Assembly: GCF_003790525.1 (NCBI RefSeq) | Contig: NZ_CP033635.1 | Origin: Escherichia coli | GTDB taxonomy: Bacteria > Pseudomonadota > Gammaproteobacteria > Enterobacterales > Enterobacteriaceae | DNA length: 64,000 nt | Reading direction: 5' to 3' (one strand) | Shown: piece by piece, positions 29,816 through 47,279 of the stretch | How positions within the stretch are numbered: the first letter of the stretch is position 1 | Layout: the number at the start of each line of letters is the position of its first letter | The notes under the pieces: generated by a model | Told to the model about the DNA's origin: nothing | Databases searched by the model: none | Seen by the model: only the letters and a program-made list of their open reading frames with translations | Program-made: the position numbers and the translations under genes

Positions 29816-30076
29816 ATGAAAACTATCAATACTGTTGTTGCTGCTATGGCTCTTTCAACTCTGTCATTTGGCGTGTTCGCGGCGGAACCGGTAACGACAT
29901 CCCAGGCACAGAACATGAATAAAATCGGCGTGGTTTCTGCCGATGGCGCATCCACCCTCGATGCCCTGGAAGCGAAACTGGCTGAGAAAGCCGCGGCGGC
30001 CGGTGCCAGTGGATACAGCATCACTTCTGCCACCAACAACAATAAATTAAGCGGTACTGCGGTAATTTATAAGTAA
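29816..30076 (+). CDS. ybiJ: YbiJ, DUF1471 periplasmic protein
   Basis: 86-aa signal-peptide protein ending ...GTAVIYK; K-12 synteny. Confidence 0.9.
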   Translation: MKTINTVVAAMALSTLSFGVFAAEPVTTSQAQNMNKIGVVSADGASTLDALEAKLAEKAAAAGASGYSITSATNNNKLSGTAVIYK

Positions 30077-30187
30077 TTCGTATGCTAGATCAGGCGTTTA
30101 CGCTACATTCAGCACAAGTATTTCCCTGTCTGTTTGCCGACAGACGCATATGCTCTAACCCTCATTGATCCTATGTTACCCTTGTTT

Positions 30188-30214
30188 GCCCGTCCGCCAC
30201 TGGACGGGCTTTTT

Positions 30215-30217
<3 letters not shown>
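30188..30217 (+). terminator. rho-independent terminator after ybiJ
   Basis: GCCCGTCC-gccactg-GACGGGC hairpin followed by a T-run. Confidence 0.6.
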
Positions 30218-31434
<1,217 letters not shown>

Positions 31435-31440
31435 AAAGAA

Positions 31441-32403
<963 letters not shown>

Positions 32404-32430
32404 TTACGACTCCTTACCTGACTCACATCA

Positions 32431-34581
32431 TTAACGCCGCCGACGGCGTGGGGATTTCGTTTTTTCTTTCTTTTTAACTATACCTTCAGGGACTTCCGGT
32501 TGCTCTATCGGAAATACCGGTAATGCATCCAGTAGCCGCTTGCCGTAGTTTTTGGTGAGCAAGCGTTTATCGTAAATCACCACTTCGCCCCAGCAACCGT
32601 GGCTTCGAATCAGTCGCCCAACCTGCTGAATCAGGTTAAACGAGGCGCTCGGCAGGCTTTGCACCTCAAACGGATAGCGGTTGAGGCTTTTCAGCCATTC
32701 CCCTTCGGTGATCACCACGGGGCTGTCGATGGGCGGAAAAGCGATTTTGTGGATATGCACCTGGCTGAGCAGATCGCCTTTCAGATCAAGCCCTTCGGCA
32801 AATGACTGTAAGCCCACCAGCACGCTGCGCTCACCGTTGGCGACGCGTTTGCGGTGCAGTTCAACTAAACGGTAACGCGGCTGATCGCCCTGCACCAGCA
32901 ACATCAGACGTAAATCCGTCACATAGTCGAGAAAGCGCTGCATCGCCCGTCCGCTGGCAAACAGTACCAACATACCGAGATGTTTTTTGCTCTCCACCTG
33001 CTTACGGAAAAAGGCCGCCATTTCGGCAATATGCTGCTCTTCGTTGTCGAGGGAAGGCTCAACGCGCATCCGGGGAATAACAATTTTGCCCTGTTCGCAG
33101 TGGTTAAAGGGGGAATCCAGCGCCACAAAACGGTCGCCCGCTTTCTCTTTCAGCCCACTCATCTCCTGCAAACGCGAAAAACTGTTCAGCGAACGCAAGG
33201 TTGCGGAGGTAACAATAATGTGCGGAATACTGCGCCACAGCAGCCTTTCCAGTTGGTCGCTAACACGAATACCCACACAGTGAAACCAGAGATGCAGCTG
33301 CCCTTCGCGCTCTTCCCGCGTCGCCCATTTGGTCACCGGCGCACCGGAAGATTGCGCCAGAGACGCCAGCCGCCAGAGTTTGCTTTGCGCCTCGAACATC
33401 CCCAACGCGCGGTTCATCTGCAAAATCAACCGATGCAGGCGTACAATGTCATGGCTGCCGGTTTTCTCACTTAAATCGTTAAGAAATAACTCCGCCAGGC
33501 CACGCAGCATCTCGGTGAGTTTTGCCAGCCGCTGGCAGATCTCCAGTACTTCATCAGGCAGTTCGCCCATCGCAAAACGGTGCTCTGCCTCCTGCCCGGC
33601 AGGCATGTAGAGGTTGAGAATGTTGTTTAACGAGGCGATAAGCTCATACAACTCTTCACAATGGGCATTCAAACGTTCAGGGATCGCCAGCGGCGGGATG
33701 GTCTTCGGGCGAAACTGCTCCATGCAGGTAGCGACCAGTTTCGTGAACAAGTCCAGCTGTAGCCGATACCACGGTGCGGTGATTTCTGCACTCATCTCCA
33801 GCGCATCCCGCGCCACATCCGGCAGGTGATGACCTTCGTCCAGCACCAGCAGTAAATTTTTCGGGTCAGGCAATACGGCTTCGCTTTCCATCGCCGCCAT
33901 CACCAGCGCATGGTTTGCCACCACCACTTCCGCTTCCTGAATCTCCCGACGAGCGACAAAAAACGGGCATTCGCGATAGTAATAACAGTTGCGGTTAAGG
34001 CAACTGGCCTTGTCGGTGCTCAAACGACGCCAGAGATCGTCATCTATAGCGATATCAGTATGATCACGCAGACCATCCCATTTATAAGTGTCGAGATCGC
34101 CCTTCAGCTTCGCACAACGTTTTTGTTCTTCCTGATTGTTCGGCGTCAGTTCGTCGTCAAGAAACGCCAGCAAATCCTGTTGCGTGGGTTCAGTGCTGGC
34201 GAGCGCCGTCAGATTACGCGGACAAACGTAGCGCCCACGCCCAAAAGCGGCAGTGAATTTAAGATCGGGAATGATCTTTTTCAGCAGCGGTAAATCTTTA
34301 CTGTAGATCTGATCCTGCAATGCCACGTTGGCGGTACTCACCACCAGCGTTTTTTGCTCTTCGCGGGCAATGGCGATGCCAGGGATCAAATAGGAGAGCG
34401 TTTTCCCAACGCCAGTGGGGGCTTCAATCGCCAGATGCCGCCCTTCTTCTCCGGCCAGCGTTTTGGCGACGTCCGCAATCATCTGCCGCTGCGGCGCACG
34501 GGGAATAAAGTCGGGGATCTGTTCCTGAAGCGCCTTATACCAGGCGGCAATTTGCGCTTTAAGCGCGGCGGTTAATGCCAT
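32431..34581 (-). CDS. dinG: ATP-dependent DNA helicase DinG
   Basis: 716-aa ORF matching DinG; Fe-S helicase motifs. Confidence 0.95.
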   Translation of the reverse strand: MALTAALKAQIAAWYKALQEQIPDFIPRAPQRQMIADVAKTLAGEEGRHLAIEAPTGVGKTLSYLIPGIAIAREEQKTLVVSTANVALQDQIYSKDLPLLKKIIPDLKFTAAFGRGRYVCPRNLTALASTEPTQQDLLAFLDDELTPNNQEEQKRCAKLKGDLDTYKWDGLRDHTDIAIDDDLWRRLSTDKASCLNRNCYYYRECPFFVARREIQEAEVVVANHALVMAAMESEAVLPDPKNLLLVLDEGHHLPDVARDALEMSAEITAPWYRLQLDLFTKLVATCMEQFRPKTIPPLAIPERLNAHCEELYELIASLNNILNLYMPAGQEAEHRFAMGELPDEVLEICQRLAKLTEMLRGLAELFLNDLSEKTGSHDIVRLHRLILQMNRALGMFEAQSKLWRLASLAQSSGAPVTKWATREEREGQLHLWFHCVGIRVSDQLERLLWRSIPHIIVTSATLRSLNSFSRLQEMSGLKEKAGDRFVALDSPFNHCEQGKIVIPRMRVEPSLDNEEQHIAEMAAFFRKQVESKKHLGMLVLFASGRAMQRFLDYVTDLRLMLLVQGDQPRYRLVELHRKRVANGERSVLVGLQSFAEGLDLKGDLLSQVHIHKIAFPPIDSPVVITEGEWLKSLNRYPFEVQSLPSASFNLIQQVGRLIRSHGCWGEVVIYDKRLLTKNYGKRLLDALPVFPIEQPEVPEGIVKKKEKTKSPRRRRR

Positions 34582-34593
34582 GAGAAAACCTGA

Positions 34594-34613
34594 AATACTG
34601 TATAAACAGCCAA
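34594..34613 (-). promoter_or_regulatory. LexA box of dinG
   Basis: Minus-strand sequence TATTGGCTGTTTATACAGTATTT (CTGT-N8-ACAG) just upstream of the dinG start. Confidence 0.8.
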
Positions 34614-34751
34614 TATTGTGGCATTTTTCGGTTTTCAGGGGTAATGGTTTTTCTGTTTCTGGAAAGCGGCTCGCAATAACGTTTTCTGGCTGTGGGGTTT
34701 TCTCGCAACAGAAGAAACATCATTGCGTAGTAAAAGACAATGCACGCAGGC

Positions 34752-35033
34752 TTATTGCGCTGGTGGCCATTGCAGGGCGGTATGTAAAACACGCAGTACC
34801 GAGAGCGTATCGCCCTCCACTTGGTAGATCAGCACATAATGCGGCCTGACAACGGCTTCATGTGTACCAGCGACTCGTCCGGCCCGGTACATCTCCGGGC
34901 GTTCACAGGCCTGTTCCGCAATGGCTTCAAATTGATTATCAAGGGCTATTGCCGCTAGCGGATTATCTTTACTGATGTATTCCATGATTTGCTCCCTGTC
35001 AGACAGGGACATTGGCTTCCATTCCAGACGCAT
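34752..35033 (-). CDS. RelE/ParE-family type II toxin
   Basis: 93-aa ORF with the ParE-like pattern (...RPHYVLIYQVEGDTLSVLRVLHTA...). Confidence 0.7.
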   Translation of the reverse strand: MRLEWKPMSLSDREQIMEYISKDNPLAAIALDNQFEAIAEQACERPEMYRAGRVAGTHEAVVRPHYVLIYQVEGDTLSVLRVLHTALQWPPAQ

Positions 35034-35473
35034 TAATCCCCCTTCAGCAAGGCTTTTTTACGGGCAGCAAATAGACTTTTGGCCTCTTCATGAGAGAGCG
35101 CCGGGCGTGGATCGTCAATGGCGGCCTGTACCTGTTCACGAAACCAGGCGTCATACGCGGCAGCTTCATGAGCTCGTTTTAATGCCTCTGCCCTGTCTGG
35201 TCGGGTCGTTTTCTTCTGACCGTCCGGGTCGTAATGAGAGGCGTCGACTTCAAACCGGGCAATACCAACATCTTTCAGGTAGTTGACAACCGTTTCCAGC
35301 CGTTTAAACAAGCGAATTTGCCGACTGCGTTGTGCTGCAAGAGGCCGTTCAGTGTGGCCGTATTTCACGGTCAACGACCAGCCTCCCTGGGTGCCAATAA
35401 CGTGTGCTGCATCCACTACGCCAGATTCAACCAGTTTATGTAAGGTTGAGTGATCGATCGTTTCTGGTGCCAT
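35033..35473 (-). CDS. putative cognate antitoxin (146 aa, family uncertain)
   Basis: Immediately upstream of the ParE-like ORF, overlapping by 1 nt; the C-terminal region is helical and charged as in ParD/RHH-type antitoxins, while the N-terminal half is unrecognised. Confidence 0.5.
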   Translation of the reverse strand: MAPETIDHSTLHKLVESGVVDAAHVIGTQGGWSLTVKYGHTERPLAAQRSRQIRLFKRLETVVNYLKDVGIARFEVDASHYDPDGQKKTTRPDRAEALKRAHEAAAYDAWFREQVQAAIDDPRPALSHEEAKSLFAARKKALLKGD

Positions 35474-35629
35474 AATGCGCTAACCTCTTTGTATACGGCA
35501 TGCAATTTATAATTAAAGATAGCGCAATTAATAATAAATTGCAGCACCTTAATCGTAAATTGCCCAGGATAAAATTGCGGTAGAAAGAGATTTGTTGCGA
35601 ATATGCCGGGCATCGCCCGGCATAAAAGA

Positions 35630-36994
35630 TTACTGCGCAGCGGCAGGTTTACGCGGACGGCGACGGCGTTGTTGTTCGCCTGCCGGTTTGGCATCACCAA
35701 GACGACGAGATGTTTTTTCTGCGGGCTTCGCGCTAGCTGATTTCGCACCACCTTCTCCACGGCGTGGTTGCTGTTGACCGCGACCACCACCTTGCCCACG
35801 ACCGCCGCCGCCACGTTGCTGGCGACCGTTCTGGATCGGTTCGGCTTTGATTGACGGGTCCGGCTCATAACCCGGAATCGCAATGCGCGGGATCTCTTTT
35901 TTCAGCAGTTTTTCGATATCACGCAGCAGTTTGTGTTCATCAACACACACCAGCGACAACGCTTCACCGGTAGCAGCCGCACGACCGGTACGCCCGATAC
36001 GGTGGACATAATCTTCCGGTACGTTTGGCAGTTCATAGTTGACCACGTGCGGCAGCTCTTCAATATCCAGGCCGCGCGCAGCGATGTCAGTTGCCACCAG
36101 TACACGAATATCGCCCGATTTAAAATCAGCCAGCGCACGGGTACGCGCACCTTGCGATTTATTGCCGTGGATCGCCGCACTGCGGATGCCATCTTTATTA
36201 AGCTGTTCAGCCAGATGGTTAGCGCCATGTTTGGTACGGGTAAACACCAGCACCTGCTGCCAGTTCCCTTTCCCAATCATATGCGACAGCAATTCGCGTT
36301 TGCGTTTCTTATCGACAAAGTGAACGTGCTGGGTCACCTGATCAGACGCAGTATTGCGGCGTGCCACTTCGATTTCCAGCGGGTTGTGCAACAGTTTTTC
36401 CGCCAGGGCTTTAATATCGTCAGAGAAGGTCGCGGAGAACAACAGGTTCTGGCGCTTCGCTGGCAGTTTTGTTAACACGCGACGGATATCGTGGATAAAG
36501 CCCATGTCGAGCATGCGGTCAGCTTCATCAAGGACGAGGATTTCAACCTGATCCAGCTTCACTGCATTTTGATGTTCCAGGTCCAGCAGACGTCCCGGCG
36601 TTGCCACCAGCACATCAACGCCGCCGCGCAACTTCATCATTTGTGGGTTAATGCTGACACCGCCAAACACCACCAGCGAACGAATGTTCAGGTATTTGCT
36701 GTAATCACGGACGTTTTCGCCAATCTGCGCCGCCAGTTCACGGGTCGGGGTAAGAATGAGCGCACGTACCGGACGACGCCCTTTGGCGTGCGGCTGGCGA
36801 GTGATCAGGTGTTGCAACAGCGGCAGCGTAAAGCCCGCTGTTTTGCCGGTGCCGGTCTGGGCGCTGGCCATCAGGTCGCGGCCTTCCAACACCGCAGGGA
36901 TCGCCTGCTGCTGAATAGGGGTGGGTTCACGGTAACCCTGCTCGGCAACGGCGCGCAGGATATCAGGGCTTAAACCCAAAGAATCGAAAGACAT
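35630..36994 (-). CDS. rhlE: ATP-dependent RNA helicase RhlE
   Basis: 454-aa DEAD-box ORF ([15 protein letters not shown]) with a basic C-terminal tail; matches RhlE. Confidence 0.95.
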   Translation of the reverse strand: MSFDSLGLSPDILRAVAEQGYREPTPIQQQAIPAVLEGRDLMASAQTGTGKTAGFTLPLLQHLITRQPHAKGRRPVRALILTPTRELAAQIGENVRDYSKYLNIRSLVVFGGVSINPQMMKLRGGVDVLVATPGRLLDLEHQNAVKLDQVEILVLDEADRMLDMGFIHDIRRVLTKLPAKRQNLLFSATFSDDIKALAEKLLHNPLEIEVARRNTASDQVTQHVHFVDKKRKRELLSHMIGKGNWQQVLVFTRTKHGANHLAEQLNKDGIRSAAIHGNKSQGARTRALADFKSGDIRVLVATDIAARGLDIEELPHVVNYELPNVPEDYVHRIGRTGRAAATGEALSLVCVDEHKLLRDIEKLLKKEIPRIAIPGYEPDPSIKAEPIQNGRQQRGGGGRGQGGGRGQQQPRRGEGGAKSASAKPAEKTSRRLGDAKPAGEQQRRRRPRKPAAAQ

Positions 36995-37222
36995 AACTAC
37001 TCCGAACCGCCCCGACCGTTACCGGTGTAGTTTTCAGGGAGATACTGAAAAGGAAAATGACAAAAACCACAATGTCATGAGGGAGCGGAGTGTAGCAGTT
37101 TTTGTGACGCAGCGCATAAATTATCCCTGCGACTGGCGTAGCTAAAATTCTTAGCCATACTGGACAACTCCCCTATGGAGTCATAATCTTAATCAATCAT
37201 TTGATTAAGAATGGACTGTGCG

Positions 37223-40613
<3,391 letters not shown>

Positions 40614-40621
<8 letters not shown>

Positions 40622-41747
40622 TCCGATCCTGTCCTGGCGTCGCGTGCGGGCACTGTGCGTCAAAGAGACGCGGCAGATCGTTCGCGATCCGAGTAGCTGG
40701 CTGATTGCGGTAGTGATCCCACTGCTACTGCTGTTTATTTTTGGATACGGCATTAACCTCGACTCCAGCAAGCTGCGGGTCGGGATATTGCTGGAACAGC
40801 GTAGCGAAGCGGCGCTGGATTTCACCCACACCATGACCGGTTCGCCCTACATCGACGCCACCATCAGCGATAACCGTCAGGAACTGATCGCCAAAATGCA
40901 GGCGGGGAAAATTCGCGGTCTGGTGGTTATTCCCGTGGATTTCGCCGAACAGATGGAGCGCGCCAGCGCCACCGCACCGATTCAGGTGATCACCGACGGC
41001 AGTGAGCCGAATACCGCTAACTTTGTGCAGGGGTATGTCGAAGGGATCTGGCAGATCTGGCAAATGCAGCGAGCGGAGGATAACGGGCAGACTTTTGAAC
41101 CGCTTATTGATGTACAAACCCGCTACTGGTTTAACCCGGCGGCGATTAGCCAGCACTTTATTATCCCCGGTGCGGTGACCATTATCATGACGGTCATCGG
41201 CGCGATTCTCACCTCGCTGGTGGTGGCGCGAGAATGGGAACGCGGCACCATGGAGGCTCTGCTCTCTACGGAGATTACCCGCACGGAACTGCTACTGTGT
41301 AAGCTGATCCCTTATTATTTTCTCGGGATGCTGGCGATGCTGCTGTGTATGCTGGTGTCAGTGTTTATTCTCGGCGTGCCGTATCGTGGGTCACTGCTGA
41401 TTCTGTTTTTTATCTCCAGCCTGTTTTTACTCAGTACCCTGGGGATGGGGCTGCTGATTTCCACGATTACCCGCAACCAGTTCAATGCCGCTCAGGTCGC
41501 TCTGAACGCGGCTTTTCTGCCGTCGATTATGCTTTCCGGCTTTATATTTCAGATAGACAGTATGCCCGCGGTGATCCGCGCGGTGACGTACATTATTCCC
41601 GCACGTTATTTCGTCAGCACCCTGCAAAGCCTGTTCCTCGCCGGGAATATTCCGGTGGTACTGGTGGTGAACGTGCTGTTTTTGATCGCTTCGGCGGTGA
41701 TGTTTATCGGCCTGACGTGGCTGAAAACCAAACGTCGGCTGGATTAG
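40614..41747 (+). CDS. ybhS: ABC-2 family permease YbhS
   Basis: Matches YbhS from [16 protein letters not shown]... Confidence 0.9.
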
Positions 41748-41757
41748 GGAGAAGAGC

Positions 41758-42864
41758 ATGTTTCATCGCTTATGGACGTTAATCCGCAAAGAGTTGCAGT
41801 CGCTGCTGCGCGAACCGCAAACCCGCGCAATTCTGATTTTACCCGTGCTGATTCAGGTGATCCTGTTCCCGTTCGCCGCCACGCTGGAAGTGACCAACGC
41901 CACCATCGCCATCTACGATGAAGATAACGGCGAGCATTCGGTGGAACTTACTCAACGTTTTGCCCGCGCCAGCGCCTTTACCCATGTGCTGCTGCTGAAA
42001 AGCCCGCAGGAGATCCGCCCGACCATCGACACACAAAAGGCGTTACTCCTGGTGCGTTTCCCGGCTGACTTCTCGCGCAAACTGGATACCTTCCAGACCG
42101 CGCCGTTACAGTTGATCCTAGACGGGCGTAACTCCAACAGTGCGCAAATTGCCGCCAACTACCTGCAACAGATCGTCAAAAATTATCAGCAGGAGCTGCT
42201 GGAAGGAAAACCGAAACCCAACAACAGCGAGCTGGTGGTACGCAACTGGTATAACCCGAATCTCGACTACAAATGGTTTGTGGTGCCGTCGCTGATCGCC
42301 ATGATCACCACTATCGGCGTAATGATCGTCACGTCACTTTCCGTCGCCCGCGAACGTGAACAAGGTACGCTCGATCAGTTACTGGTTTCGCCGCTCACCA
42401 CCTGGCAGATATTTATCGGCAAAGCCGTACCTGCGTTAATTGTCGCCACGTTTCAGGCCACCATTGTGCTGGCGATTGGTATCTGGGCGTATCAAATCCC
42501 CTTCGCCGGATCGCTGGCGCTGTTCTACTTTACGATGGTGATTTACGGTTTATCGCTGGTGGGATTCGGTCTGTTGATTTCATCACTCTGTTCAACACAA
42601 CAACAGGCGTTTATCGGCGTGTTTGTCTTTATGATGCCCGCCATTCTTCTTTCCGGTTACGTTTCGCCGGTGGAAAACATGCCAGTATGGCTGCAAAACC
42701 TGACGTGGATTAACCCTATTCGCCACTTTACGGACATTACCAAGCAGATTTATTTGAAGGATGCGAGTCTGGATATTGTGTGGAATAGTTTGTGGCCGCT
42801 ACTGGTGATAACGGCCACGACAGGGTCAGCGGCGTACGCGATGTTTAGACGCAAGGTGATGTAA
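41758..42864 (+). CDS. ybhR: ABC-2 family permease YbhR
   Basis: 368-aa ORF matching YbhR. Confidence 0.9.
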
Positions 42865-43236
42865 TTTTTTATCTTTCGCCAGCAAAGACACTACCGCCGG
42901 GCCAGCAAGGATTGCCAGCCCTGCAATTGCCAGCAAAAAGTTGTTTTCCAGTACACGGGACAACAGCCACAGCACAATCAGCGCTGCGCCAAAATACCAG
43001 GTCGTGGTCAGCTCTTCCAGCACGTCTGCCACCTCACGCCAGCGTTGCTCGGGGTGGCGCTGAAACACCAGCATCATCACTACCGTGACACAATACAGTG
43101 CGCATAATCCCACGCCGACGTGAACCAGAGTCTTACTCATCCAGCCCACCACCAGCAGCGCCACTACCAGTAAATGCAACATAATCTGCCAGCAACTTAG
43201 GCCAGTTGCGACACGAACACGTTGTTGCCACTTCAT
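42826..43236 (-). CDS. ybhQ: inner membrane protein YbhQ
   Basis: 136-aa hydrophobic ORF; K-12 synteny. Confidence 0.85.
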
Positions 43237-43368
43237 GGCTTCTCTCCTGAAGAATTTATCTCTACTTATTCAGAGTACCGAACTTTACGGAAAATTCCGT
43301 AAGACCGCACCTTTTTGTGACGCCGACTACACTATTTCAATGAGATAAGAGGCAAAGACAGGAAAATT

Positions 43369-44130
43369 ATGCCCGATCAAACACAACAATTTTCGTTCAA
43401 GGTGCTCACCATCAATATTCACAAAGGCTTTACCGCGTTTAACCGACGCTTCATTTTGCCGGAACTTCGCGACGCCGTGCGTACCGTCAGTGCCGATATT
43501 GTTTGCCTGCAGGAAGTGATGGGCGCGCACGAAGTTCATCCGCTGCATGTGGAAAACTGGCCCGATACCTCGCACTACGAGTTTCTCGCCGACACCATGT
43601 GGAGCGATTTCGCCTACGGTCGCAATGCCGTATACCCGGAAGGACATCACGGTAATGCGGTTCTTTCACGTTATCCCATTGAACATTATGAGAATCGTGA
43701 TGTTTCGGTCGATGGTGCGGAAAAGCGCGGCGTGCTCTACTGCCGCATTGTGCCGCCGATGACCGGGAAAGCGATTCATGTGATGTGCGTACATCTGGGC
43801 CTGCGTGAGGCGCACCGTCAGGCGCAGCTTGCGATGCTCGCCGAATGGGTGAATGAGCTGCCGGACGGCGAACCGGTATTGGTGGCGGGTGATTTCAACG
43901 ACTGGCGGCAAAAAGCTAATCATCCGTTAAAAGTGCAGGCCGGGCTGGATGAGATATTTACCCGCGCCCACGGACGCCCGGCGCGCACGTTTCCGGTGCA
44001 ATTTCCTCTACTACGACTGGACAGGATCTACGTCAAAAATGCCAGCGCCAGCGCGCCAACCGCGTTGCCGCTGCGGACATGGCGACACCTTTCTGATCAT
44101 GCCCCTTTAAGTGCGGAGATTCATTTATGA
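43369..44130 (+). CDS. ybhP: endonuclease/exonuclease/phosphatase family protein YbhP
   Basis: 253-aa ORF matching YbhP. Confidence 0.9.
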
Positions 44131-45368
44131 AATGTAGCTGGCGCGAAGGCAATAAGATCCAGTTGCTGGAAAACGGCGAGCAATATTATCCCGCGGTGTT
44201 TAAGGCGATTGGCGAGGCGCAAGAACGCATCATTCTTGAAACGTTTATCTGGTTTGAGGATGACGTCGGCAAACAGCTGCATGCGGCGCTACTGGCAGCA
44301 GCGCAACGCGGGGTGAAAGCGGAAGTCTTGCTGGATGGCTACGGTTCGCCGGATCTCAGCGATGAGTTTGTCAATGAACTGACGGCAGCTGGCGTGGTAT
44401 TTCGCTACTACGATCCCCGCCCGCGCCTTTTTGGTATGCGCACCAATGTGTTTCGCCGGATGCATCGCAAAATTGTGGTGATCGACGCGCTTATCGCCTT
44501 TATTGGCGGGCTGAATTACTCCGCCGAGCATATGTCCAGCTACGGTCCAGAGGCCAAACAGGATTACGCGGTACGCCTTGAAGGGCCGATTGTTGAAGAT
44601 ATCCTCCAGTTTGAACAGGAAAATCTGCCAGGACAGAGCGCGGCCCGACGCTGGTGGCGACGTCATCACAAAGCGGAAGAAAATCGCCAGCCGGGAGAAG
44701 CGCAGGTATTGCTGGTCTGGCGCGATAACGAAGAACATCGCGATGATATCGAACGTCACTATCTGAAAATGCTCACTCAGGCGCGGCGAGAAGTGATTAT
44801 CGCCAACGCCTACTTCTTCCCCGGCTATCGATTTTTACACGCCTTGCGTAAAGCGGCACGGCGCGGGGTGCGGATCAAACTGATCATTCAGGGCGAACCG
44901 GATATGCCGATTGTCAGAGTCGGTGCGCGTTTGCTGTATAACTATCTGGTTAAAGGCGGCGTTCAGGTGTTTGAGTACCGCCGCCGTCCGCTACATGGCA
45001 AAGTGGCATTGATGGACGATCACTGGGCGACGGTAGGATCCAGTAATCTCGATCCGCTCAGTTTGTCACTGAATCTCGAAGCAAATGTCATCATCCACGA
45101 TCGTCATTTTAACCAGACGCTGCGTGATAATCTGAACGGCATTATCGCCGCAGATTGTCAGCAGGTGGATGAGACCATGCTGCCGAAACGCACCTGGTGG
45201 AATCTGACCAAAAGCGTGCTGGCCTTCCACTTTTTACGCCACTTCCCGGCGCTGGTCGGCTGGCTTCCGGCACACACGCCACGTCTGGCGCAGGTTGATC
45301 CCCCCGCACAACCGACAATGGAAACGCAGGATCGGGTAGAAACTGAAAACACGGGGGTAAAACCCTGA
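44127..45368 (+). CDS. clsB: cardiolipin synthase B (ClsB/YbhO)
   Basis: 413-aa ORF with two HKD motifs ([17 protein letters not shown]). Confidence 0.9.
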
Positions 45369-46324
45369 TGAGTAAATCACACCCGCGCTGGCGCTTAGCA
45401 AAGAAACTCCTCACCTGGCTGTTTTTTATCGCGGTGATTGTGTTACTGGTGGTCTACGCCAAAAAAGTGGACTGGGAAGAGGTCTGGAAGGTCATCCGCG
45501 ACTACAATCGCGTTGCGCTGCTTAGTGCGGTCGGGCTGGTGGTCGTCAGTTATCTGATTTACGGTTGCTACGACCTGCTCGCCCGTTTCTACTGCGGTCA
45601 CAAACTGGCGAAGCGCCAGGTGATGCTGGTGTCGTTTATCTGCTACGCCTTCAACCTGACACTCAGTACCTGGGTCGGCGGCATTGGTATGCGCTATCGT
45701 TTGTACTCCCGGCTAGGGTTACCGGGCAGCACTATTACGCGGATTTTCTCGCTCAGTATTACCACCAACTGGCTGGGCTATATTTTGCTGGCAGGGATTA
45801 TCTTTACCGCAGGCGTGGTGGAGCTGCCGGACCACTGGTATGTCGATCAAACCACGCTGCGCATTCTCGGCATTGGCTTACTGATGATTATCGCGGTTTA
45901 TTTGTGGTTTTGCGCTTTCGCGAAGCACCGCCATATGACCATCAAAGGACAAAAACTGGTGCTGCCTTCATGGAAATTCGCCCTCGCCCAAATGCTGATT
46001 TCCAGTGTTAACTGGATGGTAATGGGGGCGATTATCTGGCTGTTACTTGGTCAAAGCGTGAACTATTTCTTTGTACTGGGCGTGTTACTGGTTAGTAGTA
46101 TTGCTGGCGTCATCGTGCATATTCCAGCGGGGATTGGTGTGCTGGAAGCGGTGTTTATCGCGCTACTGGCTGGGGAGCATACATCCAAGGGCACAATTAT
46201 CGCCGCCCTACTCGCTTACCGTGTGCTGTATTACTTTATCCCGCTGCTGCTGGCGCTGGTTTGCTATCTGGTACTGGAAAGCCAGGCGAAGAAGCTGCGG
46301 GCGAAAAATGAAGCGGCGATGTGA
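45368..46324 (+). CDS. ybhN: inner membrane protein YbhN
   Basis: 318-aa hydrophobic ORF overlapping the clsB stop; K-12 synteny. Confidence 0.9.
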   Translation: MSKSHPRWRLAKKLLTWLFFIAVIVLLVVYAKKVDWEEVWKVIRDYNRVALLSAVGLVVVSYLIYGCYDLLARFYCGHKLAKRQVMLVSFICYAFNLTLSTWVGGIGMRYRLYSRLGLPGSTITRIFSLSITTNWLGYILLAGIIFTAGVVELPDHWYVDQTTLRILGIGLLMIIAVYLWFCAFAKHRHMTIKGQKLVLPSWKFALAQMLISSVNWMVMGAIIWLLLGQSVNYFFVLGVLLVSSIAGVIVHIPAGIGVLEAVFIALLAGEHTSKGTIIAALLAYRVLYYFIPLLLALVCYLVLESQAKKLRAKNEAAM

Positions 46325-46359
46325 AGTATAGTTAAGTTCTTTAGTATGTGCATTTACGG

Positions 46360-47073
46360 CTAATGAAAAAACCGCGTATGCCTTTGCCAGACAAGCGTTA
46401 TAGCTATAGCGGCAAGAATCCCAAAGAAGCCGATAAAATAGTAATAGAGTGTTAATGCACCTATAAAAGCACAACGAACCGGACTCCATAATTCTTCACT
46501 ATGGCATTTTCCTGCCAGTTCAAGGAGCTTATTTCGTCCATGCGAGATAATGCCTGACCATAAGACAATCATTAAGCAACTTATTACCCAAATGGGTCGT
46601 TCACTCATTAATGTGGCATTCACGATGATTACCAGGGCCAACCCTGTCAACGTCATCATAATGGTAAAACGGTGAGAGCCAGGATCAACATTGAATAATA
46701 AACCAGCCAGCATACTGATAAAAAACATCGCGCCCGCTGTGCTGAATACGACGATAATGGCAGATACAGGCGCTAAACTCGCAACGACAATCGCCACCAA
46801 AGAGATTAAAAACAAATATATTACGCCCGCGATGGCGGTATTTATCTTGTTGATATCTTTACTTAAGCCATACATAGAAAGTAATAATAATCCTATAGCA
46901 ATATACATTTCCGGTGAATCATATTTTGTTGCCGTAATTTCGAGATACTTAGCGCCCCAGGCCAGCCCTGCGGTTGCCACCAAACCCAAAGCGGTAATGA
47001 GCCATATGCCGTTTAATATCCTGGCTTCGTGCTGAAAATCTAATTTATTGCTATTTTGCGAGTATGATTCCAT
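46360..47073 (-). CDS. ybhM: BAX inhibitor-1 family membrane protein YbhM
   Basis: Matches YbhM from MESYSQNSNKLDF...; the ORF-track N-terminal extension is rejected. Confidence 0.85.
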   Translation of the reverse strand: MESYSQNSNKLDFQHEARILNGIWLITALGLVATAGLAWGAKYLEITATKYDSPEMYIAIGLLLLSMYGLSKDINKINTAIAGVIYLFLISLVAIVVASLAPVSAIIVVFSTAGAMFFISMLAGLLFNVDPGSHRFTIMMTLTGLALVIIVNATLMSERPIWVISCLMIVLWSGIISHGRNKLLELAGKCHSEELWSPVRCAFIGALTLYYYFIGFFGILAAIAITLVWQRHTRFFH

Positions 47074-47279
47074 TCTTTTAGTTGTCCTCAGAAAAAACAT
47101 TAATATTCACCATCAATAAATTTAAAACCACGCATACAAAATACTTTTGCATTTATGGATACAGAAAACACTTCCGCTCGGCCATAAGGCATATTTTATA
47201 CCTGGTACTTGTTAAGTGTCGTTTTTAGTAAGAAAAAAAATCCCGACACATGGCCGGGATATTGATGGTGAAAAAAGAA

